Source of the DNA: an uncultured Planctomycetia bacterium
Lineage (GTDB): Bacteria; Omnitrophota; Gorgyraeia; 1-14-0-20-64-10
Direction: 5' to 3'
Assembly (NCBI GenBank): GCA_964373805.1
Contig: CAYJWF010000002.1
Location: 13,861-77,860 of the forward strand
DNA: 64,000 bases
The notes beneath the pieces were generated by a model. That model was not told the origin of the DNA, did no database searches, and worked only from the letters and a program-made list of their open reading frames with translations. Shown piece after piece: positions 46,422 to 55,127 of this stretch. The translations under genes and the position numbers were made by a program. The stretch's first letter is position 1. The number at the start of each line of letters is the position of its first letter.

Positions 46422-47804
46422 CTAGCCGGGACGGCGGGAGAGGTTCTCGAAGCGAGTGAACTCCTTGAGGAAGGTGAGGTGAATAGAGCCGACCGGGCCG
46501 TTTCGCTGTTTGGCGATGATGATCTCCGCCCTGCCCCTGTTCTCATCGCTGGGATGGTAGAGCTCTTCTCGGAACAGCAGGACCACCACATCGGCGTCTT
46601 GTTCCAGCGCACCTGATTCTCGGAGATCGGCGAGTTGGGGACGACGGTCCTCCCGCTGCTCGGGGGCGCGGGAAAGTTGGCTGATGGCGATCACCGGAAC
46701 GTGGAGCTCCTTGGCCATGGCCTTCAAAGAGCGGGAGATCTCGGAGATCTCCTGCTGCCGATTCTCCAGGCGTAGCGGTCCGCGCATCATCTGAAGATAA
46801 TCCACGATGATGAGGCCCACCTTATGTTGGCTTTTGAGGCGCCTCGCCTTCGCCCGAAGCTCCAGCGCCGAGATGGCCGGGGTGTCGTCCACGAGGATCG
46901 GGGCCTCGGACAGCTTTCCCGCGGCGTTGGTCAGCCGCGGCCAGTCCGACTGAGAGAGGAACCCGGTCCGGGCCTTGTGCACATCCACCCGGGCATGGGC
47001 ACAAAGCATCCGATGGACCAGTTGCTCCTTGGACATCTCCAGGCTAAAGATCGCGACCGGGATCCGTTCCACCACCCCCGCGTGTTCGGCCATGCAGGCG
47101 GCCAAGGCCGATTTCCCCATGGAAGGGCGGCCGGCGACGATGATGAGATCCGACGGCTGCAACCCAGCGGTCTGAACGTCCAGGTCGTGGAGACCCGTTG
47201 GGATCCCCGTCACCAGCTCCTTGCGCTGGTAGAGGCGCTCGATCGTTTCAATGGAATCTTTGAGCATCTCCTTCAAGAAGATCGCTTCGGAGGTGGTGGA
47301 CTTGGTGGTGAGCTCGAAGAGGATCTGTTCCGCTTTATCTAAGAGGGCCTCAACGTCGTCCTGGTTTTCGTAACATTCCCCGACGATCTGGGTGGCCGTG
47401 GCGATGAGGCTGCGCAGGAGCCCCTTCTCCTTGACGATCTTGGCGTAATGCTGAACGTTGGCCGCTGTGGGAACCACCGTGGTGAGGGAGGCCAAGTAAG
47501 AGGCGCCGCCCACTTCTTCCAACAGGCCTTGGGATTTGAGTTCCTCCCTGACGGTCACCAGATCCACCGCCTTCTGCCGAGTAAAGAGATTCGACATCGC
47601 CTGAAAGATCTTGCGGTGGTCTTCGCGATAGAAGGCGCCGGCGATCAACAGCTCGAGGCCGATGGGAACGGCCTCCTCGTCCATCAGCATGGATCCCAAA
47701 ACCGCCATCTCCGCCTCAACGTTTTGAGGCGGAACCCTTTCGATCAGCTGTTCAACGGTGAGAATCGGCATGGGAGGATTTGGGGATGATTTCAATCCTG
47801 ACAC
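46422..47804 (-). CDS. dnaB: Replicative DNA helicase DnaB (true start probably Met at ~47771 to avoid overlap with rplI)
   Basis: N-terminal PPQNVEAEMAVLGSML, Walker A GRPSMGKSA, arginine finger/RecA-like C-terminal domain. Confidence 0.9.
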   Translation of the reverse strand: MSGLKSSPNPPMPILTVEQLIERVPPQNVEAEMAVLGSMLMDEEAVPIGLELLIAGAFYREDHRKIFQAMSNLFTRQKAVDLVTVREELKSQGLLEEVGGASYLASLTTVVPTAANVQHYAKIVKEKGLLRSLIATATQIVGECYENQDDVEALLDKAEQILFELTTKSTTSEAIFLKEMLKDSIETIERLYQRKELVTGIPTGLHDLDVQTAGLQPSDLIIVAGRPSMGKSALAACMAEHAGVVERIPVAIFSLEMSKEQLVHRMLCAHARVDVHKARTGFLSQSDWPRLTNAAGKLSEAPILVDDTPAISALELRAKARRLKSQHKVGLIIVDYLQMMRGPLRLENRQQEISEISRSLKAMAKELHVPVIAISQLSRAPEQREDRRPQLADLRESGALEQDADVVVLLFREELYHPSDENRGRAEIIIAKQRNGPVGSIHLTFLKEFTRFENLSRRPG

Positions 47805-48219
47805 GGGCCAACACCCCGGCGGCTACCCGAATGGGAACTTCGGAACCTCCCAGACGGGTGATCGGCTGTTCCATCACCAGCTGCTGCTTCTCGATGGAGA
47901 TCCCCTGTCGCTTAAGTTCCTGAACGATGGCAGCGGCGGTCACGGCCCCGTGGAGTTTGCCCTGATCTCCTACGGATACCGCGATCGTAAGGGAGGTTTC
48001 CTCAAGACGCTGTTTCAGTTGCAGGGTCTTTTGGCGCTGACCCTCGGCTTGACGCAGCAGCGTTAACCGCTCAGCCTCCATTCGGGATCGATTGGAGGCG
48101 GTCGCCGGCAAGGCGAGGCCCCTTGGGAAAAGGAGGTTGCGGGCGTAGCCGTCCTTGACCTCCACCACCTCACCCATCTTTCCCAGATGGCCAACGTCCT
48201 TGAGTAAAACGATTTTCAT
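47752..48219 (-). CDS. rplI: 50S ribosomal protein L9
   Basis: MKIVLLKDVGHLGKMGEVVEVKDGYARNLLFPRGLA canonical L9 N-domain. Confidence 0.85.
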   Translation of the reverse strand: MKIVLLKDVGHLGKMGEVVEVKDGYARNLLFPRGLALPATASNRSRMEAERLTLLRQAEGQRQKTLQLKQRLEETSLTIAVSVGDQGKLHGAVTAAAIVQELKRQGISIEKQQLVMEQPITRLGGSEVPIRVAAGVLARVRIEIIPKSSHADSHR

Positions 48220-48231
48220 GGCTCGCCCGTT

Positions 48232-48507
48232 TTATTCCGCCAGATACGGCAGAAGCGCCATCGCCCTCGCCCGCTTAATCGCCCGGGCCAGCTGACGTTG
48301 ATGACCGGCGCAGTTGCCGGAGATGCGGCGAGGCAGAATCTTGCCCCGTTCCGAGGTAGACTTTAAAAGCCGGGCGGTATCGAGGCCATCGATGAGGGTA
48401 ACCCTCTCCTGACAAAATTTGCAGACCTTCTTTCGGAAGGGACGGCGGCGATCCAATCGGTCGGCCTTCCCCTTCTCCCGATCTCGGGCCCTTCCCATCG
48501 CGCGCAT
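48232..48507 (-). CDS. rpsR: 30S ribosomal protein S18
   Basis: FRKKVCKFC...[12 protein letters not shown]...[20 protein letters not shown]. Confidence 0.85.
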   Translation of the reverse strand: MRAMGRARDREKGKADRLDRRRPFRKKVCKFCQERVTLIDGLDTARLLKSTSERGKILPRRISGNCAGHQRQLARAIKRARAMALLPYLAE

Positions 48508-48508
48508 T

Positions 48509-48991
48509 TTAAAAAGGAACCTCTCCGGACTCCGCCTCCGGTGGAAGCCCGGGAACGTCGGCGGATCCGACGGCCTCCTCCACGGTAGGAGCGGTCCGCT
48601 CCCGAGAAACTTGTTCCGGAACCTCTTCCAAAGAAGAACCTCCCTCGGCCCCTGGTTTGGGAGCCTTGCTCAAAAACTGGATGTTCTGGGCGACCACCTC
48701 GATGGTGGACCGTTTTTGGCCTTCGGGCGTCTCCCACGACCGACTCTGCAAGCGGCCTTCCACAAAGAGCGGAGATCCTTTTGAAAGGTACTCTCCGCAG
48801 AGCTCCGCTTGTCGGGCCCACGCCACCACCCGAACAAAGCAGCTCTCCTCCCGTTTCTCCCCTGAGGCCAAGGTATAAGCCCGGTTCGTGGCTACGGTGA
48901 AGGTCGCCACCGCCGTTCCACTGGGGATGTAGCGCAGCTCCGGATCCCTCGCCAGCCTTCCAATCAAGAACACCTTATTCAGATTTGCCAT
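48509..48991 (-). CDS. ssb: Single-stranded DNA-binding protein
   Basis: [23 protein letters not shown]-fold N-terminus; Gly/Pro-rich linker; acidic tail ending ...EVPF. Confidence 0.85.
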   Translation of the reverse strand: MANLNKVFLIGRLARDPELRYIPSGTAVATFTVATNRAYTLASGEKREESCFVRVVAWARQAELCGEYLSKGSPLFVEGRLQSRSWETPEGQKRSTIEVVAQNIQFLSKAPKPGAEGGSSLEEVPEQVSRERTAPTVEEAVGSADVPGLPPEAESGEVPF

Positions 48992-49313
48992 CGGACGTCT
49001 CCCGTTTAGTCTCTTGCGGAGGTTTACCCCCTTGAAAGATCGTCAAGCGCACCAGCGACTCCATGGAAGCAATCGTCTTCCTCAAAGAGGAGATTTCCAA
49101 AGGGGGCACCTCAAAGTTCACTTTGAGATAGATCCCTTCGGTCACCCGCTTGATTCGGTAACTGAGTCTCCTTTTCCCTAAAGGGGTGCACCCCAAAACC
49201 TTTCCCCCGAGACGGAGCACCTGTTCGCCAAACTGATGGGTGAACTCCGTCAGAGCCTGTTCACTCAAATCGGGGGCCGCGATGATCAGCGCCTCGTACT
49301 CTCTCATGGGCAT
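48975..49313 (-). CDS. rpsF: 30S ribosomal protein S6
   Basis: MREYEALIIAAPDLSEQ...; rpsF-ssb-rpsR-rplI order. Confidence 0.85.
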   Translation of the reverse strand: MPMREYEALIIAAPDLSEQALTEFTHQFGEQVLRLGGKVLGCTPLGKRRLSYRIKRVTEGIYLKVNFEVPPLEISSLRKTIASMESLVRLTIFQGGKPPQETKRETSDGKSE

Positions 49314-49320
49314 TTTCTCT

Positions 49321-49956
49321 CTAAACCCTCACCTTCTGGTTAAAAAGATTCATGGCAGCGGTCAAACCTTTCTGGACCCAAACCTCACAGGCCAACCCGG
49401 CGGCCCGTAAACCTTCCTCCAAGGGCTTCTTCTCCTCCAGACGGAAACGCCCCAAAACAAAAGGGGTCAACTCCCTTTTGCTTTTGGCTGCGCCAGCGAC
49501 CAGTCCAGAAAAGTCCCGACCATCAGCGAGGGGCTCCTCCAGGCCTGGATGGGCCCCAATCCCCACTCGGAGCCGCGCCACGTGATCGGAGTCTAACGCC
49601 TCTAAGATGGAACTTAACCCCCGATGCCCGCCGGCCGATCCCTGGCCCCGCAGTCGAATGGCGCCTAAGGGGAGCCGAACGTCGTCGCAAACAACGAGCC
49701 AACCGGACCGATCCAACTTCCATCGACGGACGAGACACCCTACCGCCTCCCCTGAGGCGTTCATCCAGGCGCGCGGCTGAACCAACCGGACCGAATGACC
49801 GTCGACAACCCCTTCCCCTACCCGACAGCGGCAGAGGGATTTTTTTAACGGGATCGACCATCGCTCCGCCAGTCGACCAACCACCGAAAACCCAACGTTG
49901 TGTCTCGTGCCGGCGTACGTCCTTCCAGGGTTGCCCAGCCCGATGATCACCTTCAC
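49321..49956 (-). CDS. pth: Peptidyl-tRNA hydrolase carrying an in-frame 20-aa repeat-element insertion
   Basis: MKVIIGLGNPG...TRHNVGF...GGHRGLSSIL...RLRVGIGAHPG; between GIGAHPG and FVLGRF lie 27 residues instead of the ~7 in E. coli Pth, encoded by repeat copy 49480..49540. Confidence 0.85.
   Translation of the reverse strand: MKVIIGLGNPGRTYAGTRHNVGFSVVGRLAERWSIPLKKSLCRCRVGEGVVDGHSVRLVQPRAWMNASGEAVGCLVRRWKLDRSGWLVVCDDVRLPLGAIRLRGQGSAGGHRGLSSILEALDSDHVARLRVGIGAHPGLEEPLADGRDFSGLVAGAAKSKRELTPFVLGRFRLEEKKPLEEGLRAAGLACEVWVQKGLTAAMNLFNQKVRV
49480..49540 (+). repeat. Family-1 ~58-bp repeat element, copy inside pth CDS (in-frame, translated as EEPLADGRDFSGLVAGAAKS)
   Basis: GCTTTTGGCTGCGCCAGCGACCAGTCCAGAAAAGTCCCGACCATCAGCGAGGGGCTCCTCC. 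Confidence 0.75.
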
Positions 49957-50729
49957 CCCTTCTGCTCTTGCGGCTTCTGCTGGGCTTTGGCCTTCTCCTT
50001 TTCTTTCGCCTTCTCCTTCGATTTTTCCTCAGCCTCCTCGGCGGCAATCTCTTCCGGCTTCTTCTGCTTCAAGACCTCCGGCTCTGCCGCCTCAGCGGGA
50101 GCCTCTGCCGCCGGCAACGCCTCTTCTTTCTTCGGCAAGACGCAGGCCGCCACCGGCAACTCCGGATCGGTGATCAACCGAATCCCCGGCGGTAAGGAAA
50201 CGGCCTTCACCAAGAGGGTCTTCCCCAAGCTTAAACCGGACACCTCCACCAGAATCTCGGGCGGAATCTCCGTAGGCAGACACTCGACCTGGAGATCCCA
50301 CCTAAGGTGCTCTAAGATCCCGCCCTCTTGCCTGACCCCGAGCGGCTCCCCTTTAAAGACGAGGGGAACCGTCACCGTAATCCTCTTGGTCAACGAGACC
50401 CGGTGGAAATCCACGTGGATGATCTGATGAGAAACGGGATGATGCTGGAGTTCCTTAATCAACACGGAGCCTTCCTTGAGCCGGCGTTCCCCACGGCCTT
50501 GGAGCTCTTCTTTAAGCTTCAGGGTGATCAAGACGTTCCCCCCGGCCTTGGTGCGCAGGATTTTTGAAAACCCCTTGGCTCCTACACGAATGGAAACCGA
50601 AGGCTCCTTCTCGCCGTAGACGATTCCCGGTATCCACCCCTCCCGGCGCAAGGACCGGGCCGCCCTCTTCCCACCGCCTTCTCGCGCCAACCCCTCCAAG
50701 ACGACTTGACTCGACGGCTTAGGGTTCAT
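49953..50729 (-). CDS. rplY: 50S ribosomal protein L25/general stress protein Ctc with Lys/Glu/Ala-rich C-terminal extension (start at MNPKPSS, not the upstream in-frame Met at 50849)
   Basis: GGKRAARSLRREGWIPGIVYG L25 N-terminus; ATG at 50727..50729 preceded by AAAGGAG and overlapping prs stop (TGATG); upstream 40 codons are repeat-derived. Confidence 0.8.
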   Translation of the reverse strand: MNPKPSSQVVLEGLAREGGGKRAARSLRREGWIPGIVYGEKEPSVSIRVGAKGFSKILRTKAGGNVLITLKLKEELQGRGERRLKEGSVLIKELQHHPVSHQIIHVDFHRVSLTKRITVTVPLVFKGEPLGVRQEGGILEHLRWDLQVECLPTEIPPEILVEVSGLSLGKTLLVKAVSLPPGIRLITDPELPVAACVLPKKEEALPAAEAPAEAAEPEVLKQKKPEEIAAEEAEEKSKEKAKEKEKAKAQQKPQEQKG

Positions 50730-51802
50730 CAACGCCTCCGAAGCTTCTCCTTTGTTTTTGGCTGCGCCAGCGGCCTGTCTAGGAAAGTGCCGCGCATCAG
50801 CGCGGCCTTCTCCATGGGTTCCTTGGCCAAAGGCGGGGCTTCCTCCCAATGGTCGTGAAAGAGAACGCTGAGCGACTCCTCCTGGTGGATCCGCCGGATC
50901 GCCTCCGCGAACAAGCCGGCCACGGAGAGAACCTTGACCTTCGGCATCCCTCGCCCGGCAGGGATGGGAATCGTATCGGTGACCACCAACTCCTTTAAAG
51001 GGGAGGCGGTCAACCGTTCCTTGGCCGGACCGGAAAGAACCGCGTGGGTCACGGCCGCGAACACCTCCTTCGCTCCAGCCTCCTTCAAGGCCCGCACCGC
51101 TTCCACGAGAGATCCGGCAGTGGAGACGAGGTCGTCCACGATGAGGGCGTTCTTGCCGTTGACCTCGCCCATGATGTCCATCACCTCGGCCTCCTCGTGA
51201 CTGATCCGACGTTTATCCACCATCGCCAAGGCGGACTGAAGGCGCTTGGCGTAGGCCCGGGCCATCTTAATGCCCCCCACATCCGGGGAGACCACCACCA
51301 GATCCGGAATCGGCCGCTCGGTCGTGAAGTATTCCACGAAGGTGTTCACCGCGAACAGATGATCCAAGGGAATGTCGAAGAATCCTTGGATTTGGCCCGC
51401 GTGCAGGTCCATCGTCAACACCCGATCGGCCCCGGCCACGGTAATGAGATTGGCCACCAGCTTCGCCGTGATCGGCACGCGCGGTTGGTCCTTGCGATCC
51501 TGGCGGGCGTAGCCATAGTAAGGAAGAACCGCCGTGATGCGCCGAGCCGAGGCCCGTTTCAACGCGTCGAGAAGGATGAGCAGCTCCATGAGATGGTCGT
51601 TCACCGGGGGTGCCGTCGGTTGGATCACAAAAACGTCCAGCCCCCGCACGTTCTGTTGGATCTTGACCCGAATCTCCCCCTCGCTAAAGCGCCCCACCAG
51701 CGCCTGACCCAGGGGAACCCCCAGCGCCTCGGCGGCCCTCGCCGCAAAAGCGGGGTGGGCGTTTCCACAAAAGAGAACCGGCGGATCCGTCTTAACTCCC
51801 AT
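50729..51802 (-). CDS. prs: Ribose-phosphate pyrophosphokinase with ~35-aa C-terminal extension read through a repeat element
   Basis: Prs motifs (VVSPDVGGIKMARAYAKRL, DLHAGQIQGFF); normal end near ...SLSVLFHD; tail MEKAALMRGTFLDRPLAQPKTKEKLRRR is encoded by repeat copy 50754..50813. Confidence 0.9.
   Translation of the reverse strand: MGVKTDPPVLFCGNAHPAFAARAAEALGVPLGQALVGRFSEGEIRVKIQQNVRGLDVFVIQPTAPPVNDHLMELLILLDALKRASARRITAVLPYYGYARQDRKDQPRVPITAKLVANLITVAGADRVLTMDLHAGQIQGFFDIPLDHLFAVNTFVEYFTTERPIPDLVVVSPDVGGIKMARAYAKRLQSALAMVDKRRISHEEAEVMDIMGEVNGKNALIVDDLVSTAGSLVEAVRALKEAGAKEVFAAVTHAVLSGPAKERLTASPLKELVVTDTIPIPAGRGMPKVKVLSVAGLFAEAIRRIHQEESLSVLFHDHWEEAPPLAKEPMEKAALMRGTFLDRPLAQPKTKEKLRRR
50754..50813 (+). 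repeat. Family-1 ~58-bp repeat element, copy at 3' end of prs (in-frame)
   Basis: GTTTTTGGCTGCGCCAGCGGCCTGTCTAGGAAAGTGCCGCGCATCAGCGCGGCCTTCTCC; contains hairpin GCCGCGC-ATCA-GCGCGGC. Confidence 0.75.
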
Positions 51803-51806
51803 GACT

Positions 51807-53087
51807 TTATCGCCCCCCCACGGTGGAACCGGCCTTGACCACCTGTCCGGGAGGAATTTGAAGAGGTCCTAAAATCAAGGTCCCCCCTTCCATCCGGGCT
51901 CGATCTCCAATTCGAATCGGATGGCTTAGAGAAGCCGCTGGCCCGAGGGCCGTGGTGAGGCTTCCTCTAGCCGAAGCCGCTTTCCGATGATTTCCCCCGA
52001 TGGTCACCGTCCCTACCCCCACGAAGACGCCCCGTCCAATGTGGGCGTGCGTGATGAAGCTGTGGTGGAGGATCCGACTCTTGGCCCCCACCCGACATTC
52101 GGCCAATTCCACAAAGTTGCCCACCTCCACCCCATCCTCTAAAATCGTCCCGGCCCCTACCCGACAAAAAGGGCCCAAGTGACAGCGGCGTCCAATCCGA
52201 ACCCCCTTTTCAATGACCGTGTGCGGATAGACCACGGTGTCCTGCCCAATCAAGGCCGATCCATCGATGTAGGTCGTATAGGGATCCACGATCGTCACCC
52301 CACCCAACATAAATTTTTCGAGCACACGGCTGCGCATGACGGTCTGCACGCGGGCCAGGTCCGCCCGGGTGTTGATCCCCAGGAACTCCCCCACGGACCG
52401 GGTAGACGCCGAGGCCAAGGGGGCTCCCTGCTTGACCAAGTAGGCGACCGTGTCGGTGAGGTAATACTCGCCGTTGCGCGCTGGCCGAATCCGCTTTAAA
52501 CTTTCCCTCAGGGCATTGGCCTTGAAGCAGTAGGCCCCGACGTTGATCTCCTCAATGGCCCGCTCCGTTGGGGTGGCATCGGCCTCCTCAACAATCCGGA
52601 CGACTCGACTGGTCTCATCCCGAACGACTCGACCGTAGCCGGTCGGCTCCTTAAGGAAAGCCGTCAGCAACGTACAGGCGGCCCTTTCCCGATGATGGGT
52701 CTCCATCAATCCCCGGATGGTTTGTGCCGTCAACAGGGGGGTATCCCCATACAGAACGACGATATCCCCTTGAAAGCCGGCCAAGCGTGGCAGGGCCTGT
52801 TGAACCGCGTGGGCGGTTCCTTTCAAGGGCCGTTGGACTACAGTCTTGACCGCCGGTCCGATTTGATCCTGAACCAAATCGGACCGGTAACCGACCACCA
52901 CGACGATCCGTTCAATACCGACCTCCTGGACCGCCTCCAGCACATGGCAAATCAACGGCTTGCCATAGAGGGAATGAATCACCTTGGGGATTTGGGAAAG
53001 CATCCGCGTCCCATCCCCGGCCGCCAGGACGATGGCCGCCACGTTCTTCTCTTCCTTACGCCTAGGCGACGGCCGCCTGTTTTCCAT
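51807..53087 (-). CDS. glmU: Bifunctional GlcNAc-1-P uridyltransferase / GlcN-1-P acetyltransferase
   Basis: N-terminal [13 protein letters not shown] nucleotidyltransferase motif; C-terminal left-handed beta-helix. Confidence 0.85.
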   Translation of the reverse strand: MENRRPSPRRKEEKNVAAIVLAAGDGTRMLSQIPKVIHSLYGKPLICHVLEAVQEVGIERIVVVVGYRSDLVQDQIGPAVKTVVQRPLKGTAHAVQQALPRLAGFQGDIVVLYGDTPLLTAQTIRGLMETHHRERAACTLLTAFLKEPTGYGRVVRDETSRVVRIVEEADATPTERAIEEINVGAYCFKANALRESLKRIRPARNGEYYLTDTVAYLVKQGAPLASASTRSVGEFLGINTRADLARVQTVMRSRVLEKFMLGGVTIVDPYTTYIDGSALIGQDTVVYPHTVIEKGVRIGRRCHLGPFCRVGAGTILEDGVEVGNFVELAECRVGAKSRILHHSFITHAHIGRGVFVGVGTVTIGGNHRKAASARGSLTTALGPAASLSHPIRIGDRARMEGGTLILGPLQIPPGQVVKAGSTVGGR

Positions 53088-54333
53088 CTCGGTAGACCAA
53101 AATCGGCATCGCCCGCTGGGTCACACAGGCCGGGGTCACGATACATTCCGCCACGTCGCTCTGGCTGGGAAGCTGAAACATCACCTCCAGCATGATCTCC
53201 TCCAAAATCGCCCGGATCGCACGGGCCCCGGTCTCCTTGGAGATCGCCTCCTCAGCGATCAGCTCCAAGGCCTCCTCTTCCACGGTCAGCTTCACATTCT
53301 CCAACTCGAAGAACTTCATGTATTGCCGGACGACGGCGCTCTTGGGCTTCAACATCACGTCGATCAATTCCCTCTTGGTCAAAGGACTGAACGCCGCCAC
53401 CACGGGAAAACGTCCCACAAACTCCGGAATCATCCCGAACTTAATGAGATCCGCCGGCTCCACGTGCCTTAAGAGATCTCCTCGATTCTCTCCAGAATTC
53501 GAACCGGAACCGGCCTGCCCGGAATCGGCCTGAAAACCGATGACCTTCCCCCCTATCCGCCGGTGAATGATCTTGTCCAACCCCACAAAGGTCCCCCCAC
53601 AGATGAATAAGATGTTGGAGGTATCGATCTGGAGGTATTCCGCTTGGGGGTGCTTGCGGCCCCCCTGGGGTGGAACGTTGGCCACCGTTCCCTCCACAAT
53701 CTTGAGGAGCGCCTGCTGAACTCCCTCTCCCGAGACGTCGCGGGTGATGGAAACGTTCTCGTGGGTCTTTCCGATCTTATCGATCTCATCGATGTAGACG
53801 ATCCCGGCCTGGGCCCTCTTCACGTCAAAGTTGCAGTTCTGCAGCAGCCGAAGCAGAACGGTCTCCACATCCTCCCCCACGTAACCGGCCTCCGTCAAAG
53901 GGGTGGCGTCGCACAAGGCGAACGGGACGTCCAGGATCTTCGCCAGGGTGCGGGCCATCAGCGTCTTTCCACAGCCGGTGGGCCCCATGAACAAGAGGTT
54001 CGACTTCTCCAACTCCACGTCACTCACCGTCGGGCCGGCCCAGGTCCGTTTGTAATGGTTGTAGACGGCCACGGCCACCTGGCGCTTAGGCATTTCCTGA
54101 CCGACGACGTACTGATCCAGTTGGCGCTTCATCTGGGCCGGGGTGGGCAGTTCCCCTAAGGTCGCCGTCTTCTTCGGAGCGTGGGTGAAATCCTCTTCTT
54201 TGGAAAGGATCTGACCGCAGAGCTTGATGCAAAGGTCGCAGATGTAGACGCCGCTCGGTCCACTGAACAGCTTGTGGATCCGCTCCCGGCCTCGTCCGCA
54301 AAAAGAACACCGCTCCCGTGTCGTGGTAGTCAT
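53062..54333 (-). CDS. clpX: ATP-dependent Clp protease ATP-binding subunit ClpX (no clpP in window)
   Basis: N-terminal C4 zinc finger CSFCGRG...CDLC, Walker [12 protein letters not shown]-like loop, sensor motifs. Confidence 0.9.
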   Translation of the reverse strand: MTTTTRERCSFCGRGRERIHKLFSGPSGVYICDLCIKLCGQILSKEEDFTHAPKKTATLGELPTPAQMKRQLDQYVVGQEMPKRQVAVAVYNHYKRTWAGPTVSDVELEKSNLLFMGPTGCGKTLMARTLAKILDVPFALCDATPLTEAGYVGEDVETVLLRLLQNCNFDVKRAQAGIVYIDEIDKIGKTHENVSITRDVSGEGVQQALLKIVEGTVANVPPQGGRKHPQAEYLQIDTSNILFICGGTFVGLDKIIHRRIGGKVIGFQADSGQAGSGSNSGENRGDLLRHVEPADLIKFGMIPEFVGRFPVVAAFSPLTKRELIDVMLKPKSAVVRQYMKFFELENVKLTVEEEALELIAEEAISKETGARAIRAILEEIMLEVMFQLPSQSDVAECIVTPACVTQRAMPILVYRDGKQAAVA

Positions 54334-54513
54334 TTCCTCTTCGTTTCTCGATCACCTGAAGGTGATCGGTTCCAGGAAAATCCCGCCCTCGGGGGATCCC
54401 CCTAGGTTCTCGTCCAGGCTAAGCCAACTCTTCCTCTCCCGTGAAACTCCTATTCGTCGTTTCACGGGACTTTCCTGGGCCGGCCCCTACGGGGCCTCAA
54501 ATCTTAGAGGACG

Positions 54514-54584
54514 TTGCCCCGCTAGGACTCGAACCTAGATAACCAGACCCAAAATCTGGCGTCCTACCATTGGACGACAGGGCA
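54514..54584 (-). tRNA. tRNA-Gln (anticodon UUG)
   Basis: Reverse complement TGCCCTGTCGTCCAATGGTAGGACGCCAGATTTTGGGTCTGGTTATCTAGGTTCGAGTCCTAGCGGGGCAA folds as cloverleaf with anticodon loop UU-UUG-GG; followed by GC hairpins. Confidence 0.7.
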
Positions 54585-54645
54585 GAAGACTATAGACGGC
54601 CCCCCGGGTAGGACACTGGGGGACAGCCCTGCGGGGGACACTCTG

Positions 54646-55062
54646 CTACGCAGGGTGTCCCTCTGGGGAGGGTCCCCGTTTCAGTTCCGCCTCGTACGCC
54701 TGAAGAACCTTCTCTTGAATCGCCTGCCGACACTCAACGGTGATGGGATGGGCAATGTCCCGGTGCTCGGTGGAACCTTCCCCGTGGGATTCCGGGCCCG
54801 AATCTTTGGGGAGCGTCGTCGGATTGAACGCCCCCCCACACTGATTGCAGAATCGGCACCGGACGACGTTCCGGAACCCACATTGGGGACAGGGCCTCTT
54901 CGCCCGTTCCGAGGGCATAGCCACAAAGAGGCCTTTGTTGCCCTCAATGACCTTGACGTTTCGAACGACGAAACAACCGTCGAAGGTGATCGTCGCATAG
55001 GCCTTCAATTTCGATCCGGCCTCAGGGTTTCTCAAAAAAATGCGAACGTCTGTGACTTCCAC
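54646..55062 (-). CDS. spoVG: SpoVG-family protein with ~42-aa zinc-ribbon insertion
   Basis: MEVTDVRIFL...VIEGNKGLFVAMPSE and HRDIAHPI flank an inserted segment KRPCPQCGFRNVVRCRFCNQCGGAFNPTTLPKDSGPESHGEGST (CxxC-x7-CxxCxxC). Confidence 0.8.
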   Translation of the reverse strand: MEVTDVRIFLRNPEAGSKLKAYATITFDGCFVVRNVKVIEGNKGLFVAMPSERAKRPCPQCGFRNVVRCRFCNQCGGAFNPTTLPKDSGPESHGEGSTEHRDIAHPITVECRQAIQEKVLQAYEAELKRGPSPEGHPA

Positions 55063-55065
55063 TAC

Positions 55066-55123
55066 GTTTCTGGCCGCGCCAGTGGCCGTCCAGGAAAGTC
55101 CCGCGCATCAGCGCGGGGCTTCC
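55066..55123 (+). repeat. Family-1 ~58-bp repeat element, intergenic copy filling the ispE-spoVG spacer
   Basis: GTTTCTGGCCGCGCCAGTGGCCGTCCAGGAAAGTCCCGCGCATCAGCGCGGGGCTTCC; hairpin CCCGCGC-ATCA-GCGCGGG. Confidence 0.75.
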
Positions 55124-55127
55124 ACGC

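Noticed and set aside
51901-52010. GlmU beta-helix segment [22 protein letters not shown] resembling the msbA repeat translation (SRASARGSF); possible sixth, degenerate family-1 copy
   Set aside because: Nucleotide similarity to the repeat consensus is weak and patchy, so I could not support it as a copy.
54340-54513. Palindromes upstream of clpX (CGATCACC-TGAA-GGTGATCG; CCCGTGAAAC...GTTTCACGGG) considered as CIRCE/CtsR operators
   Set aside because: Neither matches CIRCE (TTAGCACTC-N9-GAGTGCTAA) or the CtsR heptad consensus. They more likely act as terminators following tRNA-Gln; kept only as hairpins.
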